Shown: positions 8,817 to 19,473 of the stretch, in pieces
How the letters are laid out: the number at the start of each line of letters is the position of its first letter
Position numbering within the stretch: the stretch's first letter is position 1
IMG/VR virus record: IMGVR_UViG_3300042465_004839
Coordinates: 1-64,000 of that record
Length of the DNA: 64,000 bases
Direction: 5' to 3' (one strand)
Source: a virus
Notes under the pieces: generated by a model
Told to the model about the DNA's origin: nothing
The model's input: only the letters and a program-made list of their open reading frames with translations
Database searches by the model: none
Translations under genes and position numbers: made by a program

Positions 8817-10055
8817 ATGAAAGTTCAGAGAGTAATAATAAACGAGTTCAAGAAGTTAAAGGACATAGACGTAAATTTAGATGGTAAAAACGTATTTGTC
8901 AAAGCAGAAAATGGTGTAGGTAAGTCTACCTTTATGCAGTTCATAGAGATTGCATTAGGAAGTAAAGCTGCTGTGCCACCTGATGCTAAAGGAGAAGGTG
9001 TGGTTTTGGTTGACAAAAACGGTGTTGACTACGAACTTAAAGTTAAGTTTAAGGATGGCAAGAGTGTTGTAACTGTTAGTGGAGAGGGGTTAAAAGACAA
9101 TTCTAAGTCAGCCATTGCCCAGTTAGTAGGTAAGATAGACTTTGATGTGGATGAGTTTGTAAAGATGTCTGACACAAAGAAAGGTCAGAAGGAGCAAGTA
9201 GAGGCATACAGAGATATGTTAGACGAGGAAACTAAAATATTTTTACGCAAGATTGAGAATACTATTAAGGCATCATTTGATGATAGAACTGAACTAACAA
9301 GTAAGGTTAAACAACACAAAGCGTGGATACAAGAAAGCCCATTGTTTGGCAAGGACTTGGATATAGAGCCTTTAGATGCTGCTGAAATTCAGATGGAGTT
9401 AGAGGCGGCTAACAAGAAAAATATTCAAGTAGACAAGGTTTTAGAGAACCTTGAAATAAGGTCTAAAGACATTGCTGTTTGGGACGAGGAAATTAAACAC
9501 TTACAAGCTAAAATATTTGCTGCTAAACAGTCGGATGAGTTGGCTGCTAAGTGGATTCCTGCTAACCCTAAGGTAGATGTAACAACTATTACTGCTAAGT
9601 TTAACACAATAAGTGAACACAACAAGAGGGCTGAACAAGCTGCTGAACAGAAACGTAAAATAGTAAAGTTAGAGAAGTTAGAGGAAGAGGTTGGAGATTT
9701 AACTGTTATAATTGAAACAGGAAGACAGTCACTTCAAGATGCTATTAGAGACATGAACCCAATTGTAGAGGGTCTATACTTTGATGATGACCAACTACTT
9801 TACAATGGTATTCCTGTAAGTACAACAACATTGGCTACATCTGAAATTATTGAGTTAGGGTTTAAACTCAAGATGGCACAGAATCCAGAGTTAGGGTTAG
9901 TATGTTTAGAGCATGGAGAATCGCTTGGAAACGAAAGACTTAAACATATACTTGCCATTGCCAAGAAAAACAATTGGCAGTTGATAATTGAGGAGGTTAA
10001 ACGTGGTCAAGAAAACTTAACCTTTGAGTTTATAGCCGATGCTGAAGATAAGTAA
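8817..10055 (+). CDS. SMC/Rad50-like ABC ATPase
   Basis: Walker A AENGVGKST, long coiled coil, degenerate signature LATSE, Walker B-like VCLEHGESL. Confidence 0.8.
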   Translation: MKVQRVIINEFKKLKDIDVNLDGKNVFVKAENGVGKSTFMQFIEIALGSKAAVPPDAKGEGVVLVDKNGVDYELKVKFKDGKSVVTVSGEGLKDNSKSAIAQLVGKIDFDVDEFVKMSDTKKGQKEQVEAYRDMLDEETKIFLRKIENTIKASFDDRTELTSKVKQHKAWIQESPLFGKDLDIEPLDAAEIQMELEAANKKNIQVDKVLENLEIRSKDIAVWDEEIKHLQAKIFAAKQSDELAAKWIPANPKVDVTTITAKFNTISEHNKRAEQAAEQKRKIVKLEKLEEEVGDLTVIIETGRQSLQDAIRDMNPIVEGLYFDDDQLLYNGIPVSTTTLATSEIIELGFKLKMAQNPELGLVCLEHGESLGNERLKHILAIAKKNNWQLIIEEVKRGQENLTFEFIADAEDK

Positions 10056-10263
10056 TGAAGACTTATTTAATAGTCTAATTGCTTTAACATCAAAAGGGAA
10101 TAGTTTAGAACATAGCTGCGAGATAATTAGTGTTTCTCGTGGCTATGTTTATCAAAAGCTGTCCGTAGAACAGTTGAAAGCAATTAAAGAATCTAAAATT
10201 AAGAAACCTAAAAAACAATACAAACACGTTAATCACAAAAAAGAATTTAATGGATATTACTAA
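10039..10263 (+). CDS. Small HTH-like protein
   Basis: GNSLEHSCEIISVSRGYVYQKL resembles an HTH. Confidence 0.4.
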   Translation: MLKISNEDLFNSLIALTSKGNSLEHSCEIISVSRGYVYQKLSVEQLKAIKESKIKKPKKQYKHVNHKKEFNGYY

Positions 10264-10510
10264 GAAGAAGATGACAACAGAGGAGATATTAGCAGTACTT
10301 CATTACCGTAAAGACAAAGTACACGTTGGGAAGTCAATATACAAGCACGTTAGTATGTTTGAGTATGAAAAGATAGTATACTACAAGGCACAGATTGCCA
10401 AGTTTAAGTGGCATAAATTTTTTACCACAGAGAAACAAGCTGCAAAGGCAGTAGACATTAAACTAATAGAAAAAGGGTTAAGCCCACTAAACATTTTAAA
10501 AGCAAATTAA
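10250..10510 (+). CDS. AP2-like DNA-binding protein
   Basis: SIYKHVS...YKAQI...FTTEKQAAKAVD. Confidence 0.55.
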   Translation: MDITKKKMTTEEILAVLHYRKDKVHVGKSIYKHVSMFEYEKIVYYKAQIAKFKWHKFFTTEKQAAKAVDIKLIEKGLSPLNILKAN

Positions 10511-10512
10511 TA

Positions 10513-11052
10513 ATGAACGCAAAAGAATATTACTGTAAACAATTTACTATAAACAAAGAGAAACAAGAAAAAGATGTTCTTTACACTAAGAACGATATGA
10601 TAAAATTTGCTGCTAATTATCATCTTTACAAAAAGATATCAACAGAAGATTTTGAGGATGAGGAAGATAAAATAGAAACAATAGATCAGGTTATAACGAG
10701 GGCAAAGAATGCTGTTGAATTAATAACAGGAGTAACATTTAATATGATGAATGATAAAACAAGACAAAGAAACATAGTGTACCCAAAGTATATGTTTTAT
10801 GCTCTCTTAAAAAGGTATTCTAATTTAAAACTTACTGGTATAGCTAAATTGTTTTTCAGAAAATCATGGAATCCAGTACTTAAAAAGACAGTACTATGCC
10901 ACCCACACCATTCAAGTATTATAAGTGGTCTTAAAAATATAGAGGACATAGAATATATGGGCAAGATAGATGAGTGGTATCTAACTTGGGATTCAGTACA
11001 TAGAACATTTTTAACAACTAATTTAAAAGAAAAAACTACTCCACAAGGGTAG
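10513..11052 (+). CDS. Protein with DnaA C-terminal (domain IV)-like HTH
   Basis: KTRQRNIVYPKYMFYALL...LTGIAKLF...HHSSIISGLKNI. Confidence 0.65.
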   Translation: MNAKEYYCKQFTINKEKQEKDVLYTKNDMIKFAANYHLYKKISTEDFEDEEDKIETIDQVITRAKNAVELITGVTFNMMNDKTRQRNIVYPKYMFYALLKRYSNLKLTGIAKLFFRKSWNPVLKKTVLCHPHHSSIISGLKNIEDIEYMGKIDEWYLTWDSVHRTFLTTNLKEKTTPQG

Positions 11053-11059
11053 TTTTTTT
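11031..11059 (+). terminator. Intrinsic terminator
   Basis: AAAAACTACTC-CACAA-GGGTAGTTTTTTT. Confidence 0.65.
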
Positions 11060-11067
11060 ATATCTAT

Positions 11068-11541
11068 ATGAAAATAAAAAATTGTAGCAAATGTCAAAAC
11101 GATTTTACACCACATTTAAGCAGTAAAACTTGTGATGTGTGTAAACGTACCGAATATTACCTTAAAACTCAAGAGAGGGCTAAAAACAAGCCAAAAAAGG
11201 CTATTAAAAAAGTAAGTGATAAACAAAAGAGTAGAATAGTGGCTAACAAAGATTATTATGTCCAGCAAATTGCTCGGCATATGGATGAGAATAAAGGTTT
11301 ATGCCCATGTGAAAACTGTGGTGTTGAAATTGTTAATCCATCAGGAAGGAATGTGAGTCATATTATAGCAGGATCAGCTAATAGTGCTTTGTACCATCAT
11401 CCATTGAATAGATTTATTCTTTGCCACGACTGTGAGAGAGTATGGACTAACGAGGACAAGACTAAACTAAAAATCTACCAAACCTCCGAAGAGAGAATGA
11501 TAGACTTAAAGAATTTTTATTATACTACTACTGTGGTATAA
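11068..11541 (+). CDS. Zn-binding HNH-like nuclease (NinG-like)
   Basis: CxxC pairs, SHII...N...LCHDC. Confidence 0.6.
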   Translation: MKIKNCSKCQNDFTPHLSSKTCDVCKRTEYYLKTQERAKNKPKKAIKKVSDKQKSRIVANKDYYVQQIARHMDENKGLCPCENCGVEIVNPSGRNVSHIIAGSANSALYHHPLNRFILCHDCERVWTNEDKTKLKIYQTSEERMIDLKNFYYTTTVV

Positions 11542-12230
11542 TATTTTGTTGTGTTTTTAAATAGTTAATCATTTCTTTAACTGTTTGCTAAAGAATGATT
11601 CTATCTGGTCCTTGTTTACGACAGTAAAGTCTTGTTCGTTGCAATAGTTTACAGCATTTTGTAAGTCTTTGCATAAAGTACTTTCACTTCCATCAGTTCT
11701 CTTTACTTTTACTTTACTTGATCCGATAATTACTTCTATTTTTGCATTCATTTTAGTATTTGTTGTGTCTTTAATCAGCCAATTGATTTATAAACAAGTG
11801 TTCTATTTCTTTTATGTTATCTCTACGTTCCTGCAAATGTATAGGTTTTAGTCTTGGATTCTTACTTTGCTCTAACTTCTTTAGTTGTGCCTTGCAATTG
11901 TTAATGTATTTCAAGCTCATCCCACACAGTAACTGCCTTTGTTTTTCGGTTATGATTAGTTGTTTCATTATTTATCTTTATTAAATCTTTTGTGGAAATA
12001 TCTTTCAGAATTATCTATTAAGTCTATTAAATCGTATAGATTATTATAGTCTAACGTAATATAAGTTAAATTTTCAGTATCTATCTTTACTGACTTGCTG
12101 TAATCAAATGTTAAATCTAATTCATCTAATTCAGCATCTAAAATTTTTGCTGTTACTGACTCCTTTTTCTTAATTAACTTGCCAACTTTTGGGCATAAAA
12201 ATTTCTCTAAATCTTTTTCTTTGTTTTTCA

Positions 12231-12749
12231 TTATGATTTATTTTTTTTAATTATTTGTTTTAGTTTACTGATATATTTCTCATCCTGTGCATAGATACTT
12301 GATAGTAGTTTAAAGTACTCAGCATCGGTTGTAATGAATAGGGCATTTTGTATCTGGAATGCTTTATAGTCAAGGATACAATCTTCTACTGACTCATACT
12401 TTGCATAAGCTCCATAGTCGTGGCTGTTGATAGCAAAGGTAAATCTTTGCGCTGCGACTCGCATACCAAAGCAATTCAAATTGTTTTTAAACACTTGTGA
12501 CTTAAAGTTACTGCTTTCTAATATTGCCTGTGCCATTACAATGTGGCTAAACTTTATTTTGTGCTTTTCAATACTTGACTTAAAACAATCAATGTCTATT
12601 TTGTTTTCAAGGCAGTTGGCAATAGATAATTCCTTTTCAAGTGTAGTCACTTTCTTATTAGGTAGCAGTTGAATTACTGCTACACCTGTTACTGCACCAA
12701 TAATAAATATTATTAGTACTATGGCTATATCTCTTTTAAATTCTTTCAT
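12231..12749 (-). CDS. Membrane-anchored GH73 glucosaminidase
   Basis: N-terminal TM; AQAILESS, NCFGMR, YESVEDCILDY, YAQDEKY. Confidence 0.8.
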   Translation of the reverse strand: MKEFKRDIAIVLIIFIIGAVTGVAVIQLLPNKKVTTLEKELSIANCLENKIDIDCFKSSIEKHKIKFSHIVMAQAILESSNFKSQVFKNNLNCFGMRVAAQRFTFAINSHDYGAYAKYESVEDCILDYKAFQIQNALFITTDAEYFKLLSSIYAQDEKYISKLKQIIKKNKS

Positions 12750-13330
12750 GTGTTTTTATTTATAGTAGCAAAATTATTAAAGTCACTATTGCTGATTACA
12801 TCTCCATAAAAATCAATTTCATTTACTTCCTCATTTACCAAAGCAAAGTCTAATAAAGCTCCGAGTACATGGCTATCTTTATCTAATACAGTAAAGTCAG
12901 ATGTGTCTTCAGCCCATTCTACTGCACTATTAAATCTAAATGATGTAAAGCCATCGTATGAAGTGTATCTTTCTTTTAAATAGGTATCAAAAGCATCGTA
13001 ATTACTTTGTATGTACTTTGCAATGTTACTTACTACAGGAATAACATCTACGTCTACTGCATCATTAGTGTAGTTATAGTACTTAGGGGATACAATTTTT
13101 TGATATTTCATTGACTCAATTAGTCCTAATTCAATTAGTTTAATTTCAATTTCATCAGTTAACAAATCAGCTATTTGTTCATTGTAACCTTTCCAGTCTA
13201 CTTCCACGTCATCTAAATCATCTACTTCATTGTACTCACGATATTCATCTAATTCACTATCTCCATCCCATATTGTATTGTAAAAGCCATTGAATAATGG
13301 TAACCACGTTTCTATTGTTTTATTTTCCAT
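12746..13330 (-). CDS. Highly acidic hypothetical protein
   Basis: 194 aa, D/E-rich; FNGFYNTIW, SPKYYNY, SYDGF motifs. Confidence 0.6.
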   Translation of the reverse strand: MENKTIETWLPLFNGFYNTIWDGDSELDEYREYNEVDDLDDVEVDWKGYNEQIADLLTDEIEIKLIELGLIESMKYQKIVSPKYYNYTNDAVDVDVIPVVSNIAKYIQSNYDAFDTYLKERYTSYDGFTSFRFNSAVEWAEDTSDFTVLDKDSHVLGALLDFALVNEEVNEIDFYGDVISNSDFNNFATINKNT

Positions 13331-16300
13331 AATTTTTATTGTGTTTTTAAATTGTTTGGTATTGTATGTTTAAAGGATTAATTAACTTGCCATCCATCAC
13401 GATTTCAACTACTGTATACGTTTCTTTTGGGGAAATTCGTAGCATCTTGCTGATACTTTCAGCAGCTTTGATCCTTTCATTCTGATGGAATTCTAATATT
13501 TTAATAATTGTTCTTCTTAACTGTGGCGTTAGTTTTGTTACCCTGTTGTTTAGCTCTGTGGCTATTTGTCCATTAGTTAAATTCATAATTTTTGTACTAT
13601 TTTTATGTGATTAATAATTACATCTTGTTTAATTGCTGTCAGTTTACTTAATAGTTTTATTGTTTTAATGGTTGGATCTTCTAAATCTTGTTTTAACTGC
13701 TTATTGTATTTAAAACAATCTACTATGTTTGCCTTTTGATGACTGTTCATATCTTTCTTAAATTAAAAGGTATAGCATCTAATCCCCAGTTAAACTTGTA
13801 ACCTACTGCTAACAGCTCTAATTCCATATTTACAAGTGTAGTAAATTCAGCATCTTCATTGCTGTAAAAGTTTACAATATCTTTTGCTTCTTGTGGTAAT
13901 TGGTCAATGTTTTCAAACAAGTCTACATATTCTACTTTCATATTTATTGTGTATTTAAATTGTTATCAATAAATTCTATGTCTACACATTTGCACATCAA
14001 TTCCTCAGGAAATGCTCCACAATTAAAGTATGCACCAATGAAGTATGCCTTTGCTTCGGATTCAGTTACACTACTACTTATATTCGTAGTGTAATTGTTT
14101 TCAGCATCATCAAATTTTACGTTTACTGTATTTAGTTTGCCCATTTTTATGTGTTTTTTAATTTTTAAATTTGTTTGTGTTTGTATGTTTAAAATCTTTC
14201 GTTAAATTGTTGTAATCGTTTGACAAGCATTCTATCTGATTCAAAAAGTATTTGTCTTTCAATAGGCTGTAAATCTTTGTATACATCAGTTGTTTTACTG
14301 ATTAATGGATGGGGATATTGTGCTTTTAAAATATCACTTGCTAATTTTAATTGTTCGCTGTTCATAATTCTAAATATAATTTTCGTAGTAAAATGATTGT
14401 TCAACAACAGGTAATTGTGTTTTTAAAACAATATGGTTATTGTTAATTGGCGCAATTCCATAACCAAAATGTATTGATAGTCTTTCTATCACTTGCTTTT
14501 TGGATGTTGCTTGTATTTGTATTTTGTGCTTTTTGTTTAAAGCTTTCGTTATTGTTACAATATAATTTTTCATAATTTTATGTGGTTTTACAAAGTTTTT
14601 TTAATTCATTTAAATCTTTAATTCTAACACTATCCCAATTGCCTTTAGTCAAATCTATTAAAGGCATATTGTTAGTTATAGTTGTATACTTATTGTATGT
14701 AACTGGGCTTGTATAGGTTACTTCGTAGTGACCATAGCCATTGAATCTAAATGTAAAATCGTTTAGTCTAATCTTATTTTTCATTGTGTTTTTTATGTGT
14801 TTTTTATGTGTTTTTAAATTGTCATTCGTGTAATTTCTGATATTATTAATTGAAAACTGTTAGATTGTAATTGTAAGTTACCCCTTTTCCACAATTCAAT
14901 ATCTTCAATACTTGCTACATAACCATCAATTTTTTGCAAAAAAGAAGATTCAAAACAATTGTTTTCTAAATTTAATTCTAAATCATAGAAGTTTAATTTT
15001 GTATACAAATGTTTTTCTAAATAAATGTCAATTGCTTCTTCCCAATCAATTGCATAAATGCTTTGAATTGAATCGTAACTGCTAACCTGATCACTTTCTC
15101 CTTTTTCAAAATCATCATCACATACATGATGGAATGATTCTATTTCGTATTTTCTCATAATAGTTTTTATGTGTTTTTAAATTGATATGTAATCTAAACT
15201 TTCGTATGTATAGAATTCTATGTAGTTATTTGGATAGGCATTTTCTAATGCAGTCATTAAATCATCATTGGAATATTCTATACCATTGTTTCTTTCTGAT
15301 AAAACGATAGGCTGTATCACATCCATAATTTCATCTTGTTTTAAATCAGTCAATAGTAAGAAATCTTCCTCCTGAAATGCTGTAGTATTGATGTTTATAA
15401 TGTTTAACTTTTTCATAATTTTTTGTTGTGTTTTTTAATTGTTGATTGTTTTTTAAAATTTTGATAGATAAATATTTAAAGGTATAAGGTCAAATTCTTC
15501 TTCGGTTTCTTCTACAAAATCATCATCATTAATATAATCTATTTTTCTGTTATCGTTATGTTGTTGTAACCATTCTGAAAAATGATTTTTATTTTCAATT
15601 ATCACTTCTAATTTTTGGTTATCCCCATTTCCATAGATATCATTATATCTTACTATGTACATTTCTTTTGCTGATTTTTCTTTACTTGTTTTCATAATTT
15701 TTTGTTGTGTTTTTTAATTTTTAGGTTTATAATATTTGATTTAAATAAATTGGTTTTAAGGTATAATTATTTTTCAATTTGTATGTTTGACCAGTGCAAA
15801 TGAGATCCATGTAATCAGATAACTGTAATGATTCAATACAATGCTGTTTTATAAGTTTTTTAGTGTTTTTATCAGCAGTAGAAACTGCTATAATATTACC
15901 TTTAAAATATATTGCTTTCATGTGTTTTTAAATTGTTAGTCTTTTAAAAGCTCTACTGTTAGGTTATAAAATTTGATGTAAAAATCAATTGGAATTAATG
16001 TGTTATATTTATCAGCTTGTCGCATAATTTCAGCCTTAATAATACTAAATTCGTTTTCGCAATTGTTTTTTTTGCAGTAATTTGTAATGTTTTCAATTCC
16101 AGCGTTTCTTAAATTGAAAGATGTTTGTTGTAATGTTTGCATAATTTTTTATGTGTTTTTAAATTATTAATTTATAAAGTCAGATAGTTTTGTATCTATT
16201 GGAAATTGCATATTACCTATCCAAATATTACCATCCTCAGATATAGACAAATCTTTTGTTTTTACATTATCGTAATCAGTATAGAATTGTCTAAATTCCT

Positions 16301-17483
16301 TTATTGCCTGTTTTTCAAATTTTTTATAATTTGTTTTGAATTGTTTTGAAGTATTCATAATTTTTTTATGTGTTTTTTATATGTTTTGTTTAAGTTGAAA
16401 GCAGTTTTATAACTTGCTTAGGTTAATGTATTATTGAATTACTATAGTTGAATCTAACGGATATATATTTAATTTGAGATCCATAATCATTTTGTTAAAA
16501 TCAAATGACCAAAATTGCCTATCCAATTGAATCAAATTACTTTTTTCATTATAGTAATATGGAATTGAATTGCTTTTTAAATACTTAATAATTTTTTTCA
16601 TAATTGTTTTATGTGTTTTTAAGTTGTTAGTTATTAATTAATTCTTTTAGCATTTTAGAATTGAAACAAATTGTTTCAAATTGACTTAAATATTCATCGT
16701 TATTTTGTATTTCGTGCAATTCGCATCCAATATAATCGCAAACTGATTCATTGAATTCATTTACTGATACAATTTTGGCATAACTACAGGCATTCATAAC
16801 ATCCGTAACCATCAATATTGGATCACAGCCTAAAGTATATTTATAGTATACGTTTAACGATTTTAAGTAAGGCTGTAAGCTCTCATAATTAATACTTGTG
16901 GTTTTATCATTATTTAGTTTAATGATATCGTTTAAATTTAAATTTTTCATAATTGTTTTTTGTGTTTTTAAATTTTTAAAATTTGTTTTATTTGGTCATT
17001 AAATTGATTGTATCTAAAATTTGATTTGCAGTAAAATAATCATTTATGCTATCAGTTAATTTTGTAATTTCTATTTTTTGGTTTAATTCATAATGATAGC
17101 ATTTATCGTAAAAGGCAGTTTTTACCTTTCCTGAAATATGATATCGTTTATTTGAATGCTTTAAATTATAAGGCTGTATTGTAATGATATCAACAAAACA
17201 AGTTTTATTATTAATATCTATAACTTTTTTTTGTAATGATGCGCCAACATTTACCAACTTTCCATTGGAATAATAATTGATAGGAATAAAGCCTAAATTT
17301 TTTAAGGTATCCCAACTTTTTAATTTTGTTATGTTCATAATTTTAAATGTGTTTTTTAATTGTTTTTAGATAAATTCCAGTGTTTAAAGTAATTCTACTA
17401 AAATGATTAGTAGAATTACTGCAATTGCCAAACCGATAATTTCTGATAAAAATAAAATTGTTTTTATAATTGTTTTCATAGTA

Positions 17484-17843
17484 CTAATAATTTAATTCAT
17501 TAAAAAAACTACTAATCTCATTTTCGTAAGAGTAAAATTTATCCCTTTCAACTTGTGATGAAAGTAAACTTGCTAATAATTCGCTATTGATATTTTTTAA
17601 TTCATAGCCATATTCTAACGCTAATTGAATGCTAATATTTAAACTACTATCATAATCTTTTAAATATTGAATAGCAGTAGAATAATAAATTATTTCAACA
17701 TCAAAACCATTGTCGTTTTCTATGGCATCCCTTAATTCATCATAACTTGTGATTTCGTCAGTCATGTAGTATGCCAAATCAATTTGGCTGTCTAAATCTG
17801 ATAAAAATGATTTTGCTTTTTTTGTGTTTTCAGAGTAATTCAT
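17484..17843 (-). CDS. Acidic protein, Ocr-like DNA mimic candidate
   Basis: 119 aa, acidic and helical; EIIYYSTAIQYL recalls the T7 Ocr PHYYADI segment (weak, by eye). Confidence 0.35.
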   Translation of the reverse strand: MNYSENTKKAKSFLSDLDSQIDLAYYMTDEITSYDELRDAIENDNGFDVEIIYYSTAIQYLKDYDSSLNISIQLALEYGYELKNINSELLASLLSSQVERDKFYSYENEISSFFNELNY

Positions 17844-17882
17844 AATTTGTTTTTTGTGTTTTTAAATTGTTAGGAATTTATG

Positions 17883-18416
17883 TTAGTTAATTTTTTGTAT
17901 TTTTGGATTTTCTAAAAACATTTTTTGAATTTCATCTAAAAAATTTGAACATTCTAAAACATTTGAATAATTAATTTTTTTATTATTAAAACTGATATCA
18001 AATTTTACAGTTTTATTAACTTGTTTACTTTTAGAATCAAATTGAGAATTAACATAATATGTACTCATATGTAAATAACCATTATGCCCATAACTTTCTT
18101 CTAATTTAATGCGACAATGTTTACTTCCATCTAATTCAAAATGAAAATTATAATTTTTAAAAATTTCTTTTAAACTATCAATAAACTGCAAAAATGTAGC
18201 ATTACACAAATTATCAAATATTTTATTTTCATTTTCAACATTTGTGTAAAAATCATTTTTTTCAATATTGTATTCATTTGCCTTGCTAAATAATGAATCA
18301 ATAACATTGTTTTGAGATTCATTTTTTTGTTTAATAGAATTCATTTGTTGGAATTCTAACACTAAATTGCTGACCAAATTGTTTTGGCTTTCGGTTAAAT
18401 TTTTAATTGTTTTCAT
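17883..18416 (-). CDS. Hypothetical early protein
   Basis: 177 aa, preceded by the leader repeat. Confidence 0.6.
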   Translation of the reverse strand: MKTIKNLTESQNNLVSNLVLEFQQMNSIKQKNESQNNVIDSLFSKANEYNIEKNDFYTNVENENKIFDNLCNATFLQFIDSLKEIFKNYNFHFELDGSKHCRIKLEESYGHNGYLHMSTYYVNSQFDSKSKQVNKTVKFDISFNNKKINYSNVLECSNFLDEIQKMFLENPKIQKIN

Positions 18417-19035
18417 AATTGTTTTTTGTGTTTTTAAATTATTGATTGTTATAATTGAATTCTAATATTTCGGATAAACTAAAATCAATTTGAATGATTC
18501 TATTTTCAATTTCGCATATACAAGTTACTCTTTTACCTTTCATTTGTGTAACTTGTAACCATCTATCATTTAAATTTTGATAGTTACTTTTGGTGAAAAT
18601 TTTTGCTGATAATAAATTTTTCATAATTGTTTAGTTTTGTTTTTTGAAATTTAAAATAAATAATTTAATTGCTGATGGAATTACTAATAATTCCGATAAA
18701 CCTAACATATATATGTTAGTTGTGATAATTGAAATTAAGGCTAAAATAAAGCCTAAATAAAGAAATGTAAATAATAAGTTTTTCATAATGTGTTTTTTTG
18801 TTTCGTTTTGATATGCAAAGAATCATTTAATCGTTTAAAACTGAAATAAAAATAGAATTAAAACATTTTAATTTGTAAAATGCATCTATAAATCAGACAA
18901 TTAAAATTTAAAATACTTAAAAATAAATATTATTTAGAATGATTCTAAAAGAAATAAGGCTAAAAATAGCAGTTTTTAACAATCAAAAAACTTTAAAGCT
19001 CTTATTTTTTATGCATAAAAAAATTGATACAAAAA

Positions 19036-19073
19036 ACCTTGTGAAGATCAGGAAATACAAGGCTTTACAAGGT
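19036..19073. other. Inverted repeat (hairpin/operator)
   Basis: ACCTTGTGAAG-N16-CTTTACAAGGT. Confidence 0.45.
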
Positions 19074-19221
19074 ATTTTGTCAAAATATGCTTAAACACTG
19101 GTCAAACATATAATTTGAGTAAAATATGTGTTTATTTGAATTATTTTTGATAAAAAATAAGGCAATATAAACCATCAAATAAAAAGAAGTTATAATAATA
19201 TAGTAAGGTAAAAACAAAAAA

Positions 19222-19473
19222 CTATTTTGATTCAAGTTGATTAATATATTTAAGTAAGTCAAAAGTAAAGTTATATTGTTTGCAAATAATGTACAAGGTA
19301 TTTAAAGATACATATTGAATAGAATTATTTTTAAGTTTATTGTAAAAAAAGTATTTACTGATATTTGTATCTTTCGCAAGTCTATAGATAGTTATTCCCT
19401 TATTACTTATTAAGTCAGTTATGAATAACTTAAATATTTCGTTTGTTGTATTCGTTAATTGTATTTTGTCCAA
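19222..19473 (-). CDS. XRE/Cro-type HTH regulator
   Basis: KGITIYRLAKDTNISK...VSLNTLYIICK. Confidence 0.7.
   Translation of the reverse strand: MDKIQLTNTTNEIFKLFITDLISNKGITIYRLAKDTNISKYFFYNKLKNNSIQYVSLNTLYIICKQYNFTFDLLKYINQLESK

Larger units (their letters stand above)
11569..18786 (-). other. Array of about 25 small, probably early (host-takeover) genes
   Basis: Tightly packed 31-194 aa minus-strand ORFs, many acidic. It includes ORFs missing from the track: 13583-13750, 16431-16601, 17384-17479 (TM) and 18631-18786 (TM). Confidence 0.75.
11544..18800 (-). repeat. Dispersed leader repeat AAAAACACA(A/T)AAAA(A/C)AATTATG, about 20 copies
   Basis: Identical 27-mers at 15414-15440/15693-15719 and 16948-16974/18414-18440; tandem triple at about 14782-14815. 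Confidence 0.9.

Noticed and set aside
11544-18800. CRISPR array or integron reading of the leader repeats
   Set aside because: The spacers are whole ORFs of variable length, the repeats are non-palindromic, and there is no cas gene or tyrosine integrase in the window.
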